DNA from: a virus | Taxonomy: Duplodnaviria > Caudoviricetes | IMG/VR virus record: IMGVR_UViG_3300037991_007990 | Coordinates: 1-44,517 of that record | Length of the DNA stretch: 44,517 bases | Reading direction: 5' to 3' (one strand) | Shown here: piece by piece, positions 1-8,764 of the stretch | How positions within the stretch are numbered: the stretch's first letter is position 1 | Layout of the letters: every line of letters begins with the position of its first letter | Translations under genes and position numbers: made by a program | The notes under the pieces: model-generated | Told to the model about the DNA's origin: nothing | What the model saw: only the letters and a program-made list of their open reading frames with translations | Databases searched by the model: none

Positions 1-356
1 ACTCTTCGCATCCAACCTCCAGCCGATACGTGTATTCCGAGTTCATGTACCATAGCTACATCACCAATGTTAATGTCAAAAATATTATCTTTTGTTTTAA
101 ATAACATGTCTAAATCAACAGATAATATCTTTTCATACTTATCATATTGAGGATCATATATGACTTTTAAAGCATCTAGTCTTGGATCTAAATGTTTAAA
201 ATATCTATCATGACTTAACATGTACTCGGCACCACAGTTTTTAGCATATTTTTTCGCAGATTCAGAACCAGCTTTAGCCCAATCTGGCATTTGAACTCCA
301 CCTAAATGCGCATCATTAGCTTCGTACGGCATGTAATATTGAAATACTAAATTCAT
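1..356 (-). CDS. Putative glycosyltransferase (GT-A type), truncated by window edge
   Basis: Not in ORF track. ATG at 356 overlaps the TGA of the upstream gene. Reads MNLVFQYYMPYEAND...KYEKILSVDLDMLF, with a DxD motif after a hydrophobic strand. Confidence 0.6.
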   Translation of the reverse strand, partial: MNLVFQYYMPYEANDAHLGGVQMPDWAKAGSESAKKYAKNCGAEYMLSHDRYFKHLDPRLDALKVIYDPQYDKYEKILSVDLDMLFKTKDNIFDINIGDVAMVHELGIHVSAGGWMRR

Positions 357-1354
357 AACGTTGTTGTTGATAGCACTCCTTGAACTGTCGTGTAGTACGG
401 ATAAATTACTTTAAGTTCATTTTTAAAAAATTGTTTACACATTATAGAATCATTTGGCCAACCACCTTTTTCTTTTAACTTATTTAAAAGTTTTTCTGCA
501 AAATATGGCTTTATTATATATGCAGAATTTCCAGCTAATCCTTGTGGCATACTTAGCGGATCTCCTACCCATGGCGCATCTTTAATTCCATGACTGCTCG
601 ATACTATATTATGATATTTTCCAGAAGAGTGCGTAGCACCTCTTGGATCGTTTAGTCCTAAAACACCGCCTTCCCAATCAAATTTTTCTATCTTTCTCGT
701 AAAAATAGCGTCATGCTCTAGTATCATAATTTCTTCTGATGTTTCTACGCATAACTTCCAAAGTCTTGCGTGTGATATCGTACAAGCAAATACTTTTTCC
801 ATGCTATTAGTTCGATATGGCTTCAACATCATACCAAATTCTTCGTCTTTTTTACTGTATGTATCTTTTGCATATTTCTTTGGTGATAAGGCAAGGATCT
901 CAATTCCAACATCTTTTGAAGCTTTAATTGCGTCTGGCGACATTCTCCAGGCAGGTGGTCTAAATATTTTTTTGAAACAGTTTTCAAGTTTTGCCCTGTT
1001 TACGACTTCAAACATTGCGTTAAATATCTTGACAGCTTGATCGTAGTTAACCTTTTCAAACTCATCGTTATCGGACTTACCTGGTATTCCGTGATAAAAA
1101 CCGTGATAACAAACTTCAAAATTTTTCTTTGGTAGACTTTTAATTTCTTCGCAAAAGTTAGGGTAAAGATCGATCTGGAGAGGTTCAGGTGTTATCGTTG
1201 GCTTTTTAATAGTCCTCCAATAAGATATCGGAACAAATAAAGAAAACTTTATATCTGGAAATATTTTAATTATTTCATGACATCTATCTAAAACTTTGGT
1301 CGATGATTTTGGATGTGGTGAAACATCATCGATACTAATATTAATTTTATTCAT
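353..1354 (-). CDS. Fusion of polysaccharide deacetylase-like N-terminus (DUF2334-like) and GT25-like glycosyltransferase C-terminus
   Basis: N-terminal SIDDVSP, YHGFYH, FRPPAW (NodB-like). C-terminal ACTISHARLW, ILEHDAIF, GNSAYIIKP, WPND (GT25-like). Confidence 0.65.
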   Translation of the reverse strand: MNKINISIDDVSPHPKSSTKVLDRCHEIIKIFPDIKFSLFVPISYWRTIKKPTITPEPLQIDLYPNFCEEIKSLPKKNFEVCYHGFYHGIPGKSDNDEFEKVNYDQAVKIFNAMFEVVNRAKLENCFKKIFRPPAWRMSPDAIKASKDVGIEILALSPKKYAKDTYSKKDEEFGMMLKPYRTNSMEKVFACTISHARLWKLCVETSEEIMILEHDAIFTRKIEKFDWEGGVLGLNDPRGATHSSGKYHNIVSSSHGIKDAPWVGDPLSMPQGLAGNSAYIIKPYFAEKLLNKLKEKGGWPNDSIMCKQFFKNELKVIYPYYTTVQGVLSTTTL

Positions 1355-2292
1355 TACTTCCTCAAAAGATTTTCTATACAGTCAACATATTCAGCAATTG
1401 ACATTTCCATTTTGTCAGTATATTTTGTTACTCGTGATTTATGAATTTCGTAATCTTTGATCATGATCTCTAGATTATCTAGTAATGACTGGGTGTCATT
1501 ATATTCTAGCCCATAATTTTTACAGTACTCGTTAATTGATCCACCATTGGTTCGGTATAAGACCGGTAAACCGCATGCTAGTGACTCTAAAACGTGATTT
1601 GCCCCTGCTTCTTCGATAGACGCAGTCAAGTACACGTCATGTTTAGGTAAGACTTCTGATAAAGTAGATACGTCTATCGGATCGACCAAAGACCAACCTT
1701 CACTACTGAACTTTTTATTATATCTTCCAATATAAGTTAATTCAACTTCTTTACCCGCTATTTTTTTTGTTTGCAGAATAGAGCCTAGTTCACTGTATAT
1801 GTCAAATCCTTTTTTTTCGTTAGTCGACCAATGATGAGTGACAACTCTTATCTTATTCCCAATGCTAGACTTTCTTCTCTTTTTATAGAAGGTGCTTAAA
1901 GGTTTGTTTTCTATGACCTTAAAATTTTTCTGATTATAGTTTAAGTAATTTTTCGACCATTGACTTGGGAAGATAAAAAAGTCTGTGGTTTTAATATCAA
2001 TTATATTTCTCAACAGCTTTGTTAGTTCTGGTTTTGAATGTGTACCTACGTCTCCTACTCTTTGCAATATCTTTGTCTTAGGGTGGTTTGCTTTGTAATT
2101 GATAAAATCTTGGTACCACACGCCTGTATTATCGGGCCTAGGATCATAGCAAAATATTAAATCTATCTCAGGTTGTAAATCATAAACTAAGTCATGACCC
2201 TTTTCGATAATTTTACTGCAAAGAGCCCCTAGAGTTTTGTTACCACCACCCCAAGGCCCTTCCACGGGTTGTCTGTTAATATATATTTTCAT
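1354..2292 (-). CDS. Glycosyltransferase family 4 (GT-B)
   Basis: WGGGN near the N-terminus; EAGANHVLESLACGLPV (EX7E-type motif). Confidence 0.8.
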   Translation of the reverse strand: MKIYINRQPVEGPWGGGNKTLGALCSKIIEKGHDLVYDLQPEIDLIFCYDPRPDNTGVWYQDFINYKANHPKTKILQRVGDVGTHSKPELTKLLRNIIDIKTTDFFIFPSQWSKNYLNYNQKNFKVIENKPLSTFYKKRRKSSIGNKIRVVTHHWSTNEKKGFDIYSELGSILQTKKIAGKEVELTYIGRYNKKFSSEGWSLVDPIDVSTLSEVLPKHDVYLTASIEEAGANHVLESLACGLPVLYRTNGGSINEYCKNYGLEYNDTQSLLDNLEIMIKDYEIHKSRVTKYTDKMEMSIAEYVDCIENLLRK

Positions 2293-2316
2293 TTTAAACC
2301 TTTATCATTTAAAATA

Positions 2317-3372
2317 TTACAAAAAGTTTTGATGTTTTACAACTTTAATTTTATCTAAAAACTCATTTAAGTTGTCCCCTACACATAAATGTGGACATTT
2401 ATGAACATCTAACTCTTCAAGTACTTTTTTTCTAGTCTTACCGTTCCATATTTCATCAAATTTTTTAAATTTAATATTACCTATATACCCTTCTTTGACA
2501 CCTGTTAAAGAGCAGCATATGTAAACATCACCAACTGCAGTAATGGTTGTAGATTTAAAAGACTGGGCGTGACACTTGTTATATGATCGACATGTCCCTT
2601 CACCCGCTAGGATTTTTTTGTATTTTCCTTCATCAATAATAACTTTAAAATTTTCGTCCTCATAAGTCTTAGCATTCTCAAAAATATCTTCTAATTCTTT
2701 TCTGTCAACTGATTCATAATCATACAAGAAACCAAAACTTGGTCTGAGTTGTGCGTAATCTAGACCACATTTTTTACAAGCCTTGATAAATTTAAACAGC
2801 TCACGATCCATCTCTGGGTACTGATTAGTTATATATCCTGCACCTAATGTCACATCTAAGTTGTTCTTCTTCTTGATTCTAGACAATAGCTTTAAATTTT
2901 TTATAGTCAAACCAAAGTTTGCAGTTTTCCCATGTGTCTTTTTATGGGTTTCCACACTGTAAGCGTCTAATGAAACTCTAATCCATGTAAACATTGGGAG
3001 CAGCTCTTCCATGGGCCAACGGTGGAACCTAGATCCATTGCAAATCAAACCTATCTCAAATCCTTTCTCATGTGTTAATCTAATAATTTTATCAAATTGC
3101 TTGTGAGTTGTCGGTTCCCCGCCCCCTGTATAGTTTATACCTTTAACTCCACATTTTTTCAAAGAATCAAGTAGATCATTAAATAAATTAAAATTCAGAC
3201 TATTGTTATCGTTATGTATTAATTCATAATCAATACAGCCTGGGCAGTCATGATTGCAAACGTTTGTCAGATCGATTTTTATCGTTACAGGGCCTGTTGT
3301 ATCTTCATTTTCATACCATTCTAAATATTTTTCTGGATGATTTAATACTTTATTTGACCTCAGGAAATTCAT
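2317..3372 (-). CDS. Radical SAM protein with SPASM/twitch domain
   Basis: CNHDCPGC (CX3CX2C), GGGEP, C-terminal GDVYICC...IGNI...IW...C. Confidence 0.92.
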   Translation of the reverse strand: MNFLRSNKVLNHPEKYLEWYENEDTTGPVTIKIDLTNVCNHDCPGCIDYELIHNDNNSLNFNLFNDLLDSLKKCGVKGINYTGGGEPTTHKQFDKIIRLTHEKGFEIGLICNGSRFHRWPMEELLPMFTWIRVSLDAYSVETHKKTHGKTANFGLTIKNLKLLSRIKKKNNLDVTLGAGYITNQYPEMDRELFKFIKACKKCGLDYAQLRPSFGFLYDYESVDRKELEDIFENAKTYEDENFKVIIDEGKYKKILAGEGTCRSYNKCHAQSFKSTTITAVGDVYICCSLTGVKEGYIGNIKFKKFDEIWNGKTRKKVLEELDVHKCPHLCVGDNLNEFLDKIKVVKHQNFL

Positions 3373-4319
3373 GTTACCTCTCTTAAGATATTAACTTTTA
3401 GATAATTCACTATTTTTTTAGGAGTCCAGCAATTTTTAAAATATGATCTTGACTTATCTGCATAAACGCTGTGATTGTCTATTATACTTTTCATCTTAGA
3501 TTCCCACCCCTTATTGTAAAAGTCAATTTCACTAATGTAGTTCTTCCAAGAAAGACCGTTGTCGTATGAGTTTTTTCTCATAACAATACAGTTTCCTAAG
3601 TAAGCTTGATCAAACATTCTTGATGTATATTCACCAATTCCAGGTGGGTTTAAAACGACCTTGCATTTGAAGCTGTTTTCTATATAATTTTCGTAGCTAA
3701 CACTTCCTGGAAACAATACAGAAAAACTAGAATTTGACAGAATGTCATAAATTTTTTGTCTAGAAAAATTATCATAATTGCCTGTCATTCTACTACTTCC
3801 GGGCAGATTAAAATTTTTGTGATCTGGCCATGAAATCAATTTGTCAAATTCGCTAGGCTTGGGATAATCATAAGGTTTAAGTGAGCAAAAATACCCTATG
3901 TCATAAATTTTATCTACACTTTTATATTTTTTAACTATTTCTGACCTTTTACCGTAAACTTTATTATAAAACTCACTATTAAAAGACCATTTAAAAAAAG
4001 GTATGACCTTACCATTGTTTTCTTCAGCTAATCTAGATATATTCTCAGACCACTTATTTGAGTGAGCTGCCTTGAAAAACAAAAATCTTTTTCCTTTGGC
4101 ATCCTCGATTACTTTTTTAATCCTGCCACAATATTCAAATATGTTTAGATCTTCATTTACACCATCTGAAGTATCGATGTATACATTTAGTTCTTTAGAA
4201 TATAAACAACCCGTCTTTTTAATTATTGTCTGATTTCTGTAATTTGACACTAAACCAGATAAAGCAAGCTGATCATGTATATATCTAAACCTATTTTTGT
4301 CGTAGTAAGCTTCGAACAA
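3369..4319 (-). CDS. Putative glycosyltransferase (exostosin/GT-B-like C-terminus)
   Basis: KCKVVLNPPGIGEYTSRMFDQAYLGNCIV motif and cluster context; TTG start with AAGGAG RBS. Confidence 0.55.
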   Translation of the reverse strand: MFEAYYDKNRFRYIHDQLALSGLVSNYRNQTIIKKTGCLYSKELNVYIDTSDGVNEDLNIFEYCGRIKKVIEDAKGKRFLFFKAAHSNKWSENISRLAEENNGKVIPFFKWSFNSEFYNKVYGKRSEIVKKYKSVDKIYDIGYFCSLKPYDYPKPSEFDKLISWPDHKNFNLPGSSRMTGNYDNFSRQKIYDILSNSSFSVLFPGSVSYENYIENSFKCKVVLNPPGIGEYTSRMFDQAYLGNCIVMRKNSYDNGLSWKNYISEIDFYNKGWESKMKSIIDNHSVYADKSRSYFKNCWTPKKIVNYLKVNILREVT

Positions 4320-4332
4320 TTTGTGCTCCTTC

Positions 4333-4401
4333 TTAAGTTATTGATCGGTATTTGTCAGTTTTGTATTGATTCTTCTCAAGTAGCTCTGTTAATGATTTCA
4401 T
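4333..4401 (-). pseudogene. 22-aa mini-ORF (MKSLTELLEKNQYKTDKYRSIT), possible remnant of a TDK-type methyltransferase N-terminus
   Basis: Fills the gap between two genes and has a purine-rich upstream sequence; similarity recognised by eye only. Confidence 0.3.
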
Positions 4402-4422
4402 TATTTTACTTCCCTCACATTT

Positions 4423-5100
4423 CTATAAATCATCGTATAGTTTTGATGTTTGCTGGTGAATGTCATCTGGGCTTTTAGATAACATGTCTATTTGGGACTT
4501 TTCTAGAAAATTGTAAATGAGTCTTATTGACTTTTTTCCAGGTTTTTCTGGAACCACAGCGTGAAGACCGTTTGTATCAAATAAAACTGCTGTATTGTTT
4601 CTAGATTTAATTTTTTCAACATGTAAAATTTTGAACAGTTGATTGTCGTACGCGTTATTAGGAAAAAGTATCCTGTTTGAGCCTTTCAAATACAAAAGTC
4701 GATCTTCATCTTCATTTGAAAAGTTTGGATAGTAAATAATTTTTACACCATGAGGGGCTTGCCCTATCAAGTCCCCATTTTGATTGTAGTATGTATCTCT
4801 ATGCCAATTCATATAACTTTTCTCATCTTTAACTAATCTAACCTGGACGTGGAATAGAGAAAGGTCACGTAATGTTATTTTCTTAAGAGTGTCTTTAATG
4901 TTATTCTCTTTTAATGCATTCATAAAAACAGGATGATAAGATATCACATCGGGTCTTAAGTCGAATGTCTTACTATATTTTGTCTTTAGTTCGAAACCAT
5001 CATGAACCTCTTTGTTGATTATCTTTTTTAAGACTTCATTAAGTTGCTCACTCTCAAATTTTATTTCGGTTACACCGTCTCTGTAAAAATCTTGGTACAT
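4423..5100 (-). CDS. 2OG-Fe(II) dioxygenase, phytanoyl-CoA dioxygenase-like
   Basis: WHRD (HxD), LLYLKGSN, AVLFDTNGLHA (distal His), R near the C-terminus. Confidence 0.75.
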   Translation of the reverse strand: MYQDFYRDGVTEIKFESEQLNEVLKKIINKEVHDGFELKTKYSKTFDLRPDVISYHPVFMNALKENNIKDTLKKITLRDLSLFHVQVRLVKDEKSYMNWHRDTYYNQNGDLIGQAPHGVKIIYYPNFSNEDEDRLLYLKGSNRILFPNNAYDNQLFKILHVEKIKSRNNTAVLFDTNGLHAVVPEKPGKKSIRLIYNFLEKSQIDMLSKSPDDIHQQTSKLYDDL

Positions 5101-5813
5101 TAAGTATTCCTATTTTCAATCAAGACTTGACCGTAATCAATGTCATTGTCTGGTATTCTTCTGTCGTCAAAAAAGATCCTTCTGTCCATTATTATTAATT
5201 CTTTTTCAAATTCATTAATGTCGTCGATAACTTTAGCACATTCAATATCTTTGTGATTTTTTGTGGGCATGTGGTAGTCATCAAAAAGTAAAAATTTATT
5301 AAACTTATCTTTTGAATTATCCCAGTCATTCTTTACAGCATCGTATCTGTGATCACCATCTATGTAAATAAAGTCAAATTGTTTTTCTGGGTTGTCTTTA
5401 AAATAGTCATCAGAGGTTTGGTTTACAAATTCAATTTTTTCAAACCAATCTTTTGGGAATATTTGTGTTAGTTGATTTAAGAACTCTTTATTAAAATTAG
5501 GATCTACAGTCGTTATTTTTCCGTCGATGCCATGATCACACATTGCCTTAGCAATACAAAAAGTTGAATAACCCCTGCCAAACCCAATTTCTAGAACAGA
5601 ATTGAATTCTTTTTTTCTGGTAAGATAATACATTAGTATTCCTCTTTCATAGTTAGGTCGAAAGAAACAACCCACTTTTTTGTATAGTTCTTTATCACGT
5701 GATCTGTTCTTTTTTGCTGTATACTCTCCTATGATATCGAAATCACCCAGTGGAATATCTTCCACATGTACACCAATATCTTCAAGCTTATCCTTAATCA
5801 TTATTGTTTTCAT
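5100..5813 (-). CDS. Class I SAM-dependent methyltransferase (Methyltransf_24-like)
   Basis: VLEIGFGRGYST, FDFIYIDGDHRYDAV, LLFDDY. Confidence 0.88.
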   Translation of the reverse strand: MKTIMIKDKLEDIGVHVEDIPLGDFDIIGEYTAKKNRSRDKELYKKVGCFFRPNYERGILMYYLTRKKEFNSVLEIGFGRGYSTFCIAKAMCDHGIDGKITTVDPNFNKEFLNQLTQIFPKDWFEKIEFVNQTSDDYFKDNPEKQFDFIYIDGDHRYDAVKNDWDNSKDKFNKFLLFDDYHMPTKNHKDIECAKVIDDINEFEKELIIMDRRIFFDDRRIPDNDIDYGQVLIENRNT

Positions 5814-6745
5814 TTAATACTCTCCAAAAATTCATCATATTTACTAATATGTTTTATGTCAATTAACATGTCAATATTTTTCTTATTTTTACTAATAGAA
5901 TCATATGCTAATTTTATTTTATTTACATCTATTTTTTCTTCTTCTCTAAACTTACAATTTTCGTCTAAAAGGTGGTGTTGACCTACTTCTGTCGTTAATA
6001 CAGGTATTTCTAAATATCCACATTCAAATATTGCTTGTGGCCCTCCTTCGCACCTCGCGCTTACTATATAGAGATCTAGCGCGTTGTAGAGTTTATTTAA
6101 TATATCGATATCTGGAAGTTCAAAGTATGTGTAGTCTATATTATTTTTTTCTAACTCTGCTATAACATATTGACGGCGCCAACCAGCTAGAATAACGTGA
6201 ACCTTATTTTTGACCTTGGCTATTTCAATAACTTTTTTTACAAAAATGTCCGGTCCTTTTTCTAATTTTGGTGTCTTAAGGTCAAAACCCTCTGTGTCCC
6301 TCTGAAAGCTTCCAATTAAAAACCTATCCTCTGGAATCCCTAAATCTTTTCTTGATTCATTCTTGTCAATCTTATTCCAGATACTAGTGTTTACCCAATG
6401 ACTTATTAACTTGACAGGTTTATTTGAAATACTCTGTATTAAATCTTTTGTCGATTCAGTATACGTTAAGTAATAGTCTACTATTTTGTCCCTGTCTAAG
6501 AAGTTTTGCTTTCTTTTCTCATCAAACTTCCACGGTACTTCGTGATGAATAGTACAGACAACTTTAAATCTTTCTAAAACATTAATAGGAATCTGATTCC
6601 AGCACCAAGATCCTAAAAGCCATATAATATCTGTATCGTTTTCAATTTTTTCAAAACTGACATCGTGTTTAGAATGATTTTTAAACTCAATTCCCATTCT
6701 ATCAACAATCCAATTTTCCCTAGGGACATGACAAAATATTTTCAT
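5810..6745 (-). CDS. Glycosyltransferase family 4
   Basis: KGPDIF, LYNALDLYIVSARCEGGPQAIFECG...PVLTTEVG. Confidence 0.88.
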   Translation of the reverse strand: MKIFCHVPRENWIVDRMGIEFKNHSKHDVSFEKIENDTDIIWLLGSWCWNQIPINVLERFKVVCTIHHEVPWKFDEKRKQNFLDRDKIVDYYLTYTESTKDLIQSISNKPVKLISHWVNTSIWNKIDKNESRKDLGIPEDRFLIGSFQRDTEGFDLKTPKLEKGPDIFVKKVIEIAKVKNKVHVILAGWRRQYVIAELEKNNIDYTYFELPDIDILNKLYNALDLYIVSARCEGGPQAIFECGYLEIPVLTTEVGQHHLLDENCKFREEEKIDVNKIKLAYDSISKNKKNIDMLIDIKHISKYDEFLESIK

Positions 6746-7710
6746 TGTATTTTTTCCAATAATTCAAAATATGAATTTACACATTGTTCAAATCGTGTAA
6801 CTTTTTTATTAGTATTTTTATCTCTAAAATCACTATTAATTGTTATTTCTTTTGTTTTTGAAAAATCCATATTTGGAGGCTTATAAAGAGCGCAAGGTTT
6901 CATATCCCACGCTTCCTCTAAAATCATAATACCGTTATCTACCACTTCATGTGTACCGCCTGTAGAAGAACAAATTATCTTACATCCAGCCGCTTGAGCA
7001 TCAATAACTACATTGGGACAATGGTCTAAATAAGCCAGGTGAACAAACGTTGATGATCGATGATATAAAGATATTAATTGGGGATATTGCAAATCACCCA
7101 GCACATAAATTCTAGGGCTCATATTTATATATTGCTTTGCTTCATCCATTCCCAAACCACCCGCTATAGCAAAAACAGCATTGTCAGGAGCATGATCTAA
7201 AAAATATAGCACATTTTGAAGCAGTCTTTTATGCGGTCGCCAAGATGCAGCACATGACCAAACTTCAGCATCATGATCCCACGGCCAAAACATTTCATTT
7301 TCAAATTTTGGAATTACACCCTGTTTAAGATCTGGCAAGTTTATAAAATCAGTGTCAGCAGCATTATGAATTACATGTCCGTTTCTATGAGGACCGAACC
7401 AAGACTCAGTTAATTTTTTATTAAAGTTAGACTGAAATATTACTGCATCAGAATTTTCATAAGCAAACTTAATTGGAGCATTCTGATGATTAAAGTCCTG
7501 TTCAGAATTAAAGTATATACCATCTAACCTTAACACCATAGGTTTAACCTTATGGGCTTGTTGTTGGATTAAACAGAATTCAACGTCAGCTTCTTCTTGA
7601 TTACTTAAAGAAACTCTCCCATCTTTGATTAATTTCTGAAAAAGTGTTCTTGTAAACTTATTTGGCCCGCTATTAGACCTAGGATTAAAATTGTGGGTAA
7701 ATATTTTCAT
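6742..7710 (-). CDS. Glycosyltransferase family 4
   Basis: VIHNA, WRPHKRL, DHCPNVVIDAQAAGCKIICSSTGGTHE. Confidence 0.85.
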   Translation of the reverse strand: MKIFTHNFNPRSNSGPNKFTRTLFQKLIKDGRVSLSNQEEADVEFCLIQQQAHKVKPMVLRLDGIYFNSEQDFNHQNAPIKFAYENSDAVIFQSNFNKKLTESWFGPHRNGHVIHNAADTDFINLPDLKQGVIPKFENEMFWPWDHDAEVWSCAASWRPHKRLLQNVLYFLDHAPDNAVFAIAGGLGMDEAKQYINMSPRIYVLGDLQYPQLISLYHRSSTFVHLAYLDHCPNVVIDAQAAGCKIICSSTGGTHEVVDNGIMILEEAWDMKPCALYKPPNMDFSKTKEITINSDFRDKNTNKKVTRFEQCVNSYFELLEKIQ

Positions 7711-8045
7711 CTTTTATAGTCGTCTCTAAGTCTAATCACATCGTCTATTTCTGAAGTACTAACTTCTATTATTTTTGTTTTTTTATTGTTTGGTGCACCG
7801 AACCTGTGAATCTGCCTAGGTTTGACATGGTAAACAGAACCTTCATTAAGTATTAACTTATTGTTTTCTTCTTCTGATGGCCAGACTAGTAGTTGACCCT
7901 CTAAAACGTAAACAGTCTCTTCTTTTACTTCATGATATTGCAAGCTTAACCTGTGCCCTGGCAGTATAGTGAGTATTTTCCCTAAATACCTATCAGTCTC
8001 TGCCCAAATCTCTTCATATCCCCATGGCTTTTCTACTTTTCTCAT
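7707..8045 (-). CDS. Cupin, mannose-6-phosphate isomerase type II C-terminal-like
   Basis: VEKPWG, LSLQYHEVKEETVYVLEG, HRF, EVST, DVIRLRDDY. Confidence 0.85.
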   Translation of the reverse strand: MRKVEKPWGYEEIWAETDRYLGKILTILPGHRLSLQYHEVKEETVYVLEGQLLVWPSEEENNKLILNEGSVYHVKPRQIHRFGAPNNKKTKIIEVSTSEIDDVIRLRDDYKR

Positions 8046-8764
8046 TCAATGTAACCTCTTGATCTTACTAATCTGATAGTATCCATTTGATTTTTCTCTT
8101 TCCAAGCTCTAATTTTGAGAGAGTTAGAATTAATCCTGTATAGATAACATGTTTCATTTAAAAATTTTCGTTCCTGAGCTAAATGAAGTATTGGTAAATA
8201 CAACGCTTGATCGTAACCTCTCTCAAACCAGTTTCCATCTAAATCTTGGAAATTTTCTTTTTTAATCTTTTTGAAGGTGTTAACTTTAAAAGTCTTAAGA
8301 TGTGAACTAACCCATGGATATTGGTATGGATTGATATTTACTGGTAACTCCCTAGAGATATTCATTCCGTTAATATCCCATGAATGCGAAGTCCAAAGAG
8401 CATCTAATTTAGGATTTTCATTGTATTCCCTAAGTATTAAATCAACAGTATTCTCATTACAGAGTGCGTCGTCTCCGTCAAGAATTGCAATAATTTGCTC
8501 TGAAAAATTATTGTAGCAATTCATGTAGTCGAATATTCCTTTTAGTGCAAACTTCTTATGATCGTGATTGATTACGATTACCCTTTCTCTTTCATCAGAC
8601 GTTACGATTCTGTTAGCAATCTCAAATGTGTCATCATTTGACATGTCGTTTAGAATTACCCATTCCCAATTAGGATTGGTCTGTTCTTTTAAAGACTCAT
8701 AACACTCTTCTAGATGAAAGGAAGCATTGTATGTGGGCGTCACAAAACAAACTGTTTTTCTCAT
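8042..8764 (-). CDS. Glycosyltransferase family 2
   Basis: VTPTYNA, SLKEQT, NDMSNDDT, LDGDDAL. Start moved to 8764 (ATGA overlap with upstream stop, GAGGAG RBS). Confidence 0.9.
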   Translation of the reverse strand: MRKTVCFVTPTYNASFHLEECYESLKEQTNPNWEWVILNDMSNDDTFEIANRIVTSDERERVIVINHDHKKFALKGIFDYMNCYNNFSEQIIAILDGDDALCNENTVDLILREYNENPKLDALWTSHSWDINGMNISRELPVNINPYQYPWVSSHLKTFKVNTFKKIKKENFQDLDGNWFERGYDQALYLPILHLAQERKFLNETCYLYRINSNSLKIRAWKEKNQMDTIRLVRSRGYIE

